DNA from: Acidobacteriota bacterium
GTDB taxonomy: Bacteria > Acidobacteriota > UBA6911 > RPQK01 > JAJDTT01
Direction: 5' to 3'
DNA: 64,000 nucleotides
Assembly: GCA_965209055.1 (NCBI GenBank)
Contig: OZ242374.1
Coordinates: 2,688,001-2,752,000 of the forward strand
The translations under genes and the position numbers were made by a program. Below the pieces are notes generated by a model. The model had not been told where the DNA came from, made no database searches, and worked only from the letters and a program-made list of their open reading frames with translations. Of this stretch, positions 56,597-64,000 are shown piece after piece (positions within the stretch are counted from its first letter, which is position 1; each line of letters starts with the position of its first letter).

Positions 56597-58141
56597 GTGA
56601 AGAAGCTGATTTTGTACACACTGATGACGATCTGGCTGGCGGGACCGCTCTCGCTTTCCTTGTCTGCCGGATCCCACGGCGTTGTCCGGGATGTCGGGTC
56701 GCGTCTGGAACTCTTCGTTGACGACTGGCTGATCGCACGCATGGACAATTTGCGGTTGGCAATGCACCGCCCGCAACCGGCCGAGGTGGCCATCGAATTC
56801 GACCGGCCCTGGGAAGGAGAGTACTCGGCCTACGTGACCGTGTTCCAGGACGGCGACCGGTTCCGGATGTACTACCGGGGCGTGGGGACGGCCGAAGATG
56901 CCAAGCAGGTCTACTGCTATGCCGAGAGCCGCGACGGCGTCCACTGGACGCGGCCCTCGCTGGGTCTGCATTCCCACAACGGCTCCAAGGACAACAACAT
57001 CATCTTGACGGACAAGGGGTCGCACAACTTCGCCCCGTTCAAGGATTCGAACCCCGAAGCTCCGGCCGACCAGCGATACAAGGCGCTGGGAGGAGGTCCG
57101 CTCCTGGTCTTCGCCTCGGCCGACGGCCTGAACTGGAGGCAGGTCCAGGAGGAGCCGGTCATCAGCGACGGCGCCTTCGATTCCCAGAACCTGGCGTTCT
57201 GGGATCCGGAAAGAAAAAAGTACGTGGCCTTCTACCGGGATTTCATCCGCCCCGTTGGAGCCACGTGGAAATATTCGGGTGTGCGAGCCATCAAGACGGC
57301 GACCTCAGCCGATTTCTTCACCTGGACCGAGGGCAAGTACCTGGACTATGAGGACGCGCCCCTGGAGCACTTCTACACCAACGCCATCACGCCCTATCCC
57401 CGGGCGCCGCACATCTATCTGGGTTTTCCCAAGCGCTTCATGCCCACCCGGATCGTCCAGGAATCGGACGAAGCTCTGTTTCAGACCTATTGGAAGGAAC
57501 TGCACGAGCCTGGAAGAGAGGACCGGCTCGAACGGAACCGCAAGCGAGCCGCGGCGGCGGGTCAATCTCTGGAGGAATGGTACCGGATCGCCCTCTTTGG
57601 CGGGGTCTCGGACGCGGTTCTCATCAGCAGCCGTGACGGATATCGTTTCCAGCGGACTTTTCGGGAGGGTTTCGTCCGCGCCGGCCTGGACCAGGGGAAC
57701 TGGGGGCACCGGAACAACATGACGGCCTGGGGAATCCTCCAGACCGGCCCCGAAGAGGTCTCAATCTATCTGGGTGAGCACTATGAGCTGCCCACCTGCC
57801 GGCTGCGCCGCCACACCCTGAGAGTCGACGGCTTCGCCTCCGTCCACGCCGATTTCGGGGGCGGTAGACTCCTGACTCACCCACTCATTTTCGACGGGAA
57901 GGAACTGGTCCTCAACTACTCGACGTCCGCCGTCGGCTACGTGAAGGTGGGCCTGCAGGATGAGTTGGGGCGACCCGTCCCGGGCCTGAGCCTGAACGAA
58001 AGTCCCGAAATCTACGGGGACGAAATCGAGCGCGTGGTCCGTTGGAACGGCGACGGCGACCTGGGCGACTGGTCCGGCAAGAAGGTCCGCCTGGTGTTCG
58101 AGATGAAGGACGCCGACCTCTATTCGATTCGCTTCCGTTAA
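56597..58141 (+). CDS. Five-bladed beta-propeller glycosidase-like secreted protein
   Basis: ELFVDD, YAESRDGVHW, DSQNLAFWD, LRVDGF, DADLYS. Confidence 0.75.
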   Translation: MKKLILYTLMTIWLAGPLSLSLSAGSHGVVRDVGSRLELFVDDWLIARMDNLRLAMHRPQPAEVAIEFDRPWEGEYSAYVTVFQDGDRFRMYYRGVGTAEDAKQVYCYAESRDGVHWTRPSLGLHSHNGSKDNNIILTDKGSHNFAPFKDSNPEAPADQRYKALGGGPLLVFASADGLNWRQVQEEPVISDGAFDSQNLAFWDPERKKYVAFYRDFIRPVGATWKYSGVRAIKTATSADFFTWTEGKYLDYEDAPLEHFYTNAITPYPRAPHIYLGFPKRFMPTRIVQESDEALFQTYWKELHEPGREDRLERNRKRAAAAGQSLEEWYRIALFGGVSDAVLISSRDGYRFQRTFREGFVRAGLDQGNWGHRNNMTAWGILQTGPEEVSIYLGEHYELPTCRLRRHTLRVDGFASVHADFGGGRLLTHPLIFDGKELVLNYSTSAVGYVKVGLQDELGRPVPGLSLNESPEIYGDEIERVVRWNGDGDLGDWSGKKVRLVFEMKDADLYSIRFR

Positions 58142-58169
58142 CAAGACGGGCGGGAGGATTGCATCCGGG

Positions 58170-59768
58170 ATGAGATTTCGTCGAGCAGCCTGGGGTCTTG
58201 CGGGCATGGCGTTTGTCCTGCTGCGCGCCCTCGCGGCGCCGGCCTCGGACGAGCCGGTCGCGGTGGGCGGCGAGAAGCAACTATTCGTCGGACCCTGGAC
58301 CGAAGACGGCCGGGACGAGCATCTCGTCGCGTCCATGCGCAACGTCGCCATGCGGACCGGCGAGGCCATCGCCACCGGTAGGAGGGTGCCGCTGCCGGCG
58401 CCCGGATTCGTGGTTCGCGACGGATCCCTATACCGTCTCTATTACGGCGCGCCGGGCGTCGAATGCGACTATTGGAACCAGAAGCTCCACTGCAACCTCC
58501 TGCGTTACGCCGAGTCGGACGACGGCGTCGAGTGGCGGAAGCCGTCCCTGGGCCTGGTGGAGTGGGAGGGCTCGCGCGACAACAACATCCTGTTCCCCAA
58601 CGACGATTTTCCCTACGCCGTGGCCTCCGTCGGCGTCAACACCGTGTTCGTGGATCCCAATGCTTCCGGTCCCGCGGACCGGCTCAAAGCCAGCTACAAG
58701 CTCACTCCGCCCCGCGAACCCGATCCGGATGATGAAATGGAACCGCTTCCCGACGGAAAGGGGAAATACGGGTTCGTTTCCGACGACGGCATTCGCTGGA
58801 AGCGGATCACGGGCAAGCTGGGGACCTCGGGGGATGGGGGCTTCGAACCCTTCTGGGACGGGCGCATCGGCAAGTACGTGGCCTACAGCCGGGTCAAGAC
58901 CTTCGACGACCCGCGGCAGTTGGCCTACTACCACCGGGTCTACGGCGAGCGGGATATGGGCTGGCGGGCCCGGCTCCTCCGCATGGGCCGATCGGTGTCG
59001 GACGATTTCATTCACTGGACTCCGGAGGAGATCGTGCTGGCCCCCGACGACGTGGACGACGCCAATTCCGACGCTCCGAACCGCGTCGACTTCTACAGCC
59101 TGCCCGTGATCCAGTATACGAGCCGGGTCTACGTCGCCTTCGTATCCATCTACAGCCATTGGGAAGCCAAGATCAAAGAGGACGGATCGCTGAGCCAGTT
59201 CCCGGGGCGAGCCGACATCCAGTTGGCCACCAGCCGCGACGGGATCCGTTGGAGCCGGTCCCCGGGGCGGACCCCGTTCATTCGGCTGGGTCCGGAGGGG
59301 AGCTTCTGGGCCGGAATGCTCTTCGTGAAACGTCCGCTCCCGTCGGCGTCGGACCCGCGGATGGAGATCTACTTTGACGGTTGGCAGAAGGTCCACAACG
59401 ATCCGACCCGGACGGGAAAGCCGGTGCGGGGCGTGGCCGTCGCCCGGACCGACGGATTCATCGCGGCCGAAGCCGCGTATACCGGAGGGGAGCTGACGAC
59501 GAAGCCTCTGGTTTTCGAGGGGACAACGCTGCAGTTGAATGCGGACACCGGCGCCGGAGGGATCGTTCAGGTGGAGATTCAGGACGAGTCGGGACGACCG
59601 TTGGATGGCTTCACGGCGGCCGATGCCGACGAGGTCAACGGGAATTATCTCAGGGTCGCGGCGAGCTGGAGAGGCCGGTCCGACGTGGGCGGGTTGGAGG
59701 GACAACCGGTCCGGCTCCGTTTCATCATGCGGGACGCCCGGCTCTACTCCTTCCAGTTTGTCCGGTGA
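58170..59768 (+). CDS. Five-bladed beta-propeller glycosidase-like secreted protein (paralog)
   Basis: [36 protein letters not shown]. Confidence 0.75.
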   Translation: MRFRRAAWGLAGMAFVLLRALAAPASDEPVAVGGEKQLFVGPWTEDGRDEHLVASMRNVAMRTGEAIATGRRVPLPAPGFVVRDGSLYRLYYGAPGVECDYWNQKLHCNLLRYAESDDGVEWRKPSLGLVEWEGSRDNNILFPNDDFPYAVASVGVNTVFVDPNASGPADRLKASYKLTPPREPDPDDEMEPLPDGKGKYGFVSDDGIRWKRITGKLGTSGDGGFEPFWDGRIGKYVAYSRVKTFDDPRQLAYYHRVYGERDMGWRARLLRMGRSVSDDFIHWTPEEIVLAPDDVDDANSDAPNRVDFYSLPVIQYTSRVYVAFVSIYSHWEAKIKEDGSLSQFPGRADIQLATSRDGIRWSRSPGRTPFIRLGPEGSFWAGMLFVKRPLPSASDPRMEIYFDGWQKVHNDPTRTGKPVRGVAVARTDGFIAAEAAYTGGELTTKPLVFEGTTLQLNADTGAGGIVQVEIQDESGRPLDGFTAADADEVNGNYLRVAASWRGRSDVGGLEGQPVRLRFIMRDARLYSFQFVR

Positions 59769-59848
59769 GGAGGGGCGATTTCCTAATCGCCCGTTCTTCG
59801 TTACTAGATTGTCACTTTGGAGATCGGCGGTTAGGAAACCGCCGCCCC
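59769..59848. repeat. REP-like inverted doublet
   Basis: GGCGATTTCCTAATCGCC ... GGCGGTTAGGAAACCGCC; each is a hairpin and the two are mutually inverted. Confidence 0.6.
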
Positions 59849-59919
59849 AGCAAGGATGCCGCCGCCCCAGCCTTGCGGCTTGTCCTGTACTCTCAGTATC
59901 TTACCGTCAGGAGGACGTC

Positions 59920-61782
59920 ATGCATCAGAGGGGATTCCGCAGCAGCATCACCACCCAGGGGCGGCGCATGGCCGGAGCCCGGGCTCTCTGGAGAGCCACC
60001 GGCATGAAGACGGAGGACTTCCGGAAACCCATCATCGCCATCGCCAACTCCTTTGCCCAGTTCGTCCCCGGCCACGTTCACCTGCATCCCATCGGCCAGA
60101 GGGTCAAACAGGTCATCGACGCCAGCGGCGGGTACGGAGTGGAGTTCAACACCATCGCCCTGGACGACGGCATCGCCATGGGGCACGACGGCATGCTCTA
60201 CTCCCTCCCCAGCCGCGAGCTGATTGCCGACAGCGTGGAGTACATGGTGAATGGCCACAAGGCCGACGCCCTGGTCTGCATCTCCAACTGCGACAAGATC
60301 ACTCCAGGCATGCTCCTGGGAGCCCTGCGGCTGAACCTGCCCACGATTTTCGTTTCGGGAGGTCCCATGGAGGCGGGCCGCGCCCTGCTGGCTTCGGGAC
60401 CGGCCAAGCTGGATCTGGTGGATTCCATGGTGGCCGCCGGTGACAGCCGGATCAGCGACGCCCAGGTGCTGAAAATGGAGGAAGAGGCCTGTCCCACCTG
60501 CGGGTCCTGCTCGGGCATGTTCACGGCCAACAGCATGAACTGTCTCAACGAAGCCATCGGCTTGGCGTTGCCCGGAAATGGGACCATCCTGGCGACCCAC
60601 GCGCTGCGCTGGCAGCTCTTCGAGCGGGCCGCCAAGCGCATCGTCCGGATGGCCCGGGCCTATTACCTGGAGGGGGACGAGTCGGTGCTGCCCCGGAATA
60701 TCGCCACCTTCGACGCCTTCGAGAACGCCATGAGTCTGGATATCGCCATGGGCGGGTCCACCAATACGGTGCTGCACATCCTGGCCATGGCGCGGGAGGC
60801 GGAAGTGGATTTCACCATGGCCGACATCGACCGCCTGTCCCGCCAGGTCCCCTGCATCTGCAAGGTGGCGCCGGCCACGGGCAAGTTTCACCTGGAGGAT
60901 GTGGCCCGCGCCGGCGGGATTCCGACCATTCTGGGAGAGCTCCAGCGCGCCGGGAAGATTCACTCCGGAGTGGGGACTGTCTCCGGGGACGACATGGAGA
61001 ACATGATTCGCAGGAACGACTTGCGGGACGGCAACGGCTCGCTTTGTGATTTCGCGCGCCGCCGGGCGCTGGCGGCTCCCGGAGGGGTTCGCACCCGGGA
61101 AGCGTTTTCTCAGGAGAGCTACTACCAGGCGTCCGACCTGGACTCGAGGGAAGGGTGCATCCGGTCGGCCGAGCACGCCTATTCCCAGGACGGAGGGCTG
61201 GCCGTCCTCTACGGCAATCTGGCCGAGGACGGGTGCATCGTGAAGACCGCCGGGGTGGACGAGTCGATCTGGGTCTTCGAGGGACCGGCCCGAGTCTTCG
61301 AGTCCCAGGAGGAAGCCTGCGACGGGATTCTGGGAGGAGGGGTCCAGGCCGGGGACGTGGTGGTGATCCGGTACGAAGGACCCAAAGGCGGTCCGGGGAT
61401 GCAGGAGATGCTCTATCCGACCTCCTACATCAAGGCCCGGCAACTGGGCGCCAAGTGCGCGCTGCTGACGGATGGGCGCTTCAGCGGTGGGACCAGCGGA
61501 TTGTCCATCGGACACGTCTCCCCCGAGGCGGCCGAGGGTGGAGCCATCGCCCTGGTGGAAGAGGGAGACCTGATCCGGATCGACATTCCCAACCGGACGC
61601 TGGAATTGGCGGTCTCGGACGAAGAGCTGACACGCCGCCGCCGGCAAACGGAAGCTCGGGGCCGGGACGCCTACCGTCCGAGCGACCGCCACCGTCCCAT
61701 CTCCCAGGCCCTGGCCGCCTATGCCGCTCTGACCACCAGCGCCGCCCAGGGCGCCGTCCGCGATATTTCCCAACTCGGTTAG
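59920..61782 (+). CDS. ilvD: Dihydroxy-acid dehydratase
   Basis: [56 protein letters not shown]. Confidence 0.98.
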   Translation: MHQRGFRSSITTQGRRMAGARALWRATGMKTEDFRKPIIAIANSFAQFVPGHVHLHPIGQRVKQVIDASGGYGVEFNTIALDDGIAMGHDGMLYSLPSRELIADSVEYMVNGHKADALVCISNCDKITPGMLLGALRLNLPTIFVSGGPMEAGRALLASGPAKLDLVDSMVAAGDSRISDAQVLKMEEEACPTCGSCSGMFTANSMNCLNEAIGLALPGNGTILATHALRWQLFERAAKRIVRMARAYYLEGDESVLPRNIATFDAFENAMSLDIAMGGSTNTVLHILAMAREAEVDFTMADIDRLSRQVPCICKVAPATGKFHLEDVARAGGIPTILGELQRAGKIHSGVGTVSGDDMENMIRRNDLRDGNGSLCDFARRRALAAPGGVRTREAFSQESYYQASDLDSREGCIRSAEHAYSQDGGLAVLYGNLAEDGCIVKTAGVDESIWVFEGPARVFESQEEACDGILGGGVQAGDVVVIRYEGPKGGPGMQEMLYPTSYIKARQLGAKCALLTDGRFSGGTSGLSIGHVSPEAAEGGAIALVEEGDLIRIDIPNRTLELAVSDEELTRRRRQTEARGRDAYRPSDRHRPISQALAAYAALTTSAAQGAVRDISQLG

Positions 61783-62025
61783 AGGACGGCCCGAAACTCC
61801 CGGCGAAGTAAGACAGGCGTCTTTCAGGCGCCAACTGGGTAGAGGACGGTCCGAATTTGGTGACGAAATCAGAATTAATGACGGCTTGAAGCAAATTTTT
61901 TTGACACTGTTGTTTTCATTTCAGCGGTGGTATAACTCACCCAATCTTGCGCCATTGTCTTCTATATCCACAGCGGAGCCGATGTTGCGTACCACCACAA
62001 CTTTCTATTGGGGGGAGGATTATCC

Positions 62026-62346
62026 ATGGGTAGAATCATCGTTGCGTTGACCGTCCTGGTGGCCATCATCGAGGGTGTGGGCAACCTGGACACGGGAGGC
62101 ATACTCGCCTTGGCCCTGGTCGTCCTGGGTATCATCTACGCGATAACCCAGATCGATCCCGAAGATGCGACTGGCGTGTTGGTCGTTGTCATCGCCTCCG
62201 GTGCTGCCGTGAGTTCGGGCGCGTTGGAAAACATCCCCGCGATTGGCGGGCCCGTGAACGCTATTCTCGGACAGATCGTCATGTCGCTGCATGCGGTTGC
62301 CGCCACCGTTCTCGTGTTGAGAATCATCAACCGGCTCAAGGGCTGA
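62026..62346 (+). CDS. Small 4-TM hypothetical membrane protein, copy 1
   Basis: GGAGG RBS; 106 aa; hydrophobic. Confidence 0.85.
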   Translation: MGRIIVALTVLVAIIEGVGNLDTGGILALALVVLGIIYAITQIDPEDATGVLVVVIASGAAVSSGALENIPAIGGPVNAILGQIVMSLHAVAATVLVLRIINRLKG

Positions 62347-62594
62347 ACTACGTGAAGAGGGGCGGTTTCCAGCCGCTCCTCTCCCTTCTCACCTCATCAT
62401 CGCACGTCCGACGGGAAGCTCGGCTGAGCCTGTGACAAGTGAGGCGACTCCGGGTTTTTTTGCTTGACCCTGTTGTTTTCATTTCAGCCGTGGTATAAAT
62501 CTCGCAACCTTGCGCTATTGTCTTCCATATCCACAGCGAAAACGAAGCCGACGTAGCGTGTCACCACAACTTTCTTTTGGGGGGAGGAACATCC

Positions 62595-62924
62595 ATGGGT
62601 AGAATCATCGTCGCGTTGACCGTCTTGGTGGCAATCATCGAGGGTGTGGCCAAACCGGAGACAGGAGGCATACTCGCCTTGGCCTTGGTCGTCCTGGGTA
62701 TTGTCTATGCCATAACCGAGGTCGATGCTGAAAATGCGACTGGCGAGCTAGCCGTTGTCATCGCCTCCGGTGCTGCCGTGAGTTCGGGCGCGTTGGGCGG
62801 GTTGGACATTATCGCGGGGATTGGCGGACACATCAACGCCATTCTCGGACAGATTGTCGTGGCGCTTTATGCTGGAGCGGCCACTGTGCTCGTGGTGAGG
62901 ATCATCAACCGGCTCAAGGGCTAA
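62595..62924 (+). CDS. Small 4-TM hypothetical membrane protein, copy 2
   Basis: GGAGG RBS; 109 aa; same N- and C-termini as copy 1. Confidence 0.85.
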   Translation: MGRIIVALTVLVAIIEGVAKPETGGILALALVVLGIVYAITEVDAENATGELAVVIASGAAVSSGALGGLDIIAGIGGHINAILGQIVVALYAGAATVLVVRIINRLKG

Positions 62925-63171
62925 GTTTTATGGTGAGGAGCGGCGTCCTGCCGCTCCTCACCCCCTCACACCTCTTTCGTAATACGCAAGGCGGAAAAGC
63001 TCGGCGCTGGGGACAAGGGCTGAGCAATTCCTCTCAATCGCCGGACCTCCTTCGTCCATCCGGTTCGGCGCACCGTCGGCATACGTCCGCCTTCATCGCC
63101 TTCCTGCGTCCCTATGCCGGGGTTTCCGGCCGTCTCTTCGCTTTGTTTCTCCAGCCTCTTTCGCGCTTTTT

Positions 63172-64000
63172 CTAGAAGTAGAACTTGAGCGCCCCCTGTA
63201 GCTGCCGGGCCGGTTGGGCTTTCCCCAGAGCCCCGAACTCGGAGGTTCCGAACTCACCGGTCTTGGACTGGCCCGTCAACACGAAGTTGGGATGGTTGGT
63301 GGCGTTGAAGGCCTCCAGGCGCAGCTCCAGCCGCCGGCTTTCCTGGAACTGAAAGGTGCGCCGGAGTGAAAGGTCCAGATTGATGACGCCCGGTCCCTCC
63401 ACCGAGCTCCGTCCGGCGTTCCCGTATTGGAACATCTCCGGACGCCGGAACGCCCCGGTGTCGAACCACCGGGAGGGAGTCCGCTCCGAGTCGGCAAGGT
63501 TGGGATTCCGAATCCGGTCCGGCCATTGAGAATGGTAGGAGCCGGTGTCCAGCGTGTCGCCGGGCAGGTAGACGGTAAACCAGCCGCCGTCCTGGAAGCT
63601 GGCGATGGCCCGAATCGACCAGCCGCCGAGAATCTTCGCCATGGCCCCCTTGGAAAGAAAGGCGCGTCCGGCGCCGAAGGGCAGATCGTAGCCGGCGGTC
63701 ACCATCACTCGTCTGGGCGCATGAGATTCGGAAAGGGCCCGGTTGGCGGCATGCGGCATGTTGCGGGATCGGAATCGGCGGCGCGAGGGCGGGCCCTGGT
63801 ATCCGCCCCCGTTGTCGATCTGCCGGGACCAGTCGAAAACCAACAGGGCCGAGAGTCCGTAGCGGTCCGGCCGCTTCTCCACCTGCAACTGCATGCCGTG
63901 AAACCAGGCGTCCGCGTCGGCAAAGGGCATCTCGACGTTTTGCAGTTCGGGGTAAGGACGGCGCCGGCTCCGGTCCCCCGGACCGGGGACCGCATCGTTC
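63172..64000 (-). CDS. TonB-dependent receptor (acidobacterial Oar-like), C-terminal part; 5' end outside the window
   Basis: RPYP, YDLPFG, LGGW, WFDTGAF, GNAGR, RLEAFNATNHPNF, terminal KFYF. Confidence 0.92.
   Translation of the reverse strand, partial: NDAVPGPGDRSRRRPYPELQNVEMPFADADAWFHGMQLQVEKRPDRYGLSALLVFDWSRQIDNGGGYQGPPSRRRFRSRNMPHAANRALSESHAPRRVMVTAGYDLPFGAGRAFLSKGAMAKILGGWSIRAIASFQDGGWFTVYLPGDTLDTGSYHSQWPDRIRNPNLADSERTPSRWFDTGAFRRPEMFQYGNAGRSSVEGPGVINLDLSLRRTFQFQESRRLELRLEAFNATNHPNFVLTGQSKTGEFGTSEFGALGKAQPARQLQGALKFYF

Larger units (their letters stand above)
61895..62970 (+). repeat. Tandem duplication (about 560-bp unit): promoter, leader, small membrane protein gene and terminator-like hairpin
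   Basis: Shared CTGTTGTTTTCATTTCAGCnGTGGTATAA and ACCACAACTTTCTnTTGGGGGGAGGA; paralogous CDSs. Confidence 0.9.

Noticed and set aside
464-61773. Numerous long antisense or alternate-frame ORFs (e.g. 464-2017, 16073-17665, 19983-21986, 38667-40835, 59893-61773)
   Set aside because: High-GC codon-bias shadows of well-supported genes; they contain no motifs.
61771-61868. Imperfect direct repeat of the ilvD 3' end (CAACTnGG-TAGAGGACGGnCCGAA) as an att site
   Set aside because: The copies are only about 60 bp apart with no mobile genes; a local duplication is more likely.

Overview
A high-GC bacterial chromosomal window, probably Acidobacteriota (inferred from an Oar-type TonB receptor and DUF1501, DUF1549/1553 and DUF1080 proteins). 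It is mostly catabolic enzymes (enolase superfamily, amidohydrolases, glycosidase-like propellers), plus rfaE2-rfaD, ilvD, an NrtR-regulated ARPP-1/vWA module, one intact vapBC locus and two toxin-antitoxin relics. Two mobile elements are defined to the base. (i) A 1,190-bp IS5 (18-bp TIRs, TTAG duplication) splits an abrB-type antitoxin gene. (ii) A 7,465-bp IS1595-family cargo transposon (44331-51795; TIRs matching at 23 of 24 bp; 8-bp AATCGGAA duplication) splits an M24/DoeA-like hydrolase gene. The standout is the cargo of (ii): a three-tRNA array just downstream of the transposase. Two sequence-distinct tRNAs have complete leucine bodies but both carry the serine anticodon AGA. The third has an arginine-like body with an 18-nt anticodon arm (GCC or 4-base GCCG). 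The transposase itself has a UCU codon at the normally V/I/L position just before the catalytic YTD motif. This suggests a transposon-encoded Ser(UCU)->Leu mistranslation system that may gate its own transposase. The element also carries repeated structured-RNA hairpins with tRNA D-loop-like inserts and small defence-like genes. All family assignments come from motif recognition by eye; no database searches were run.
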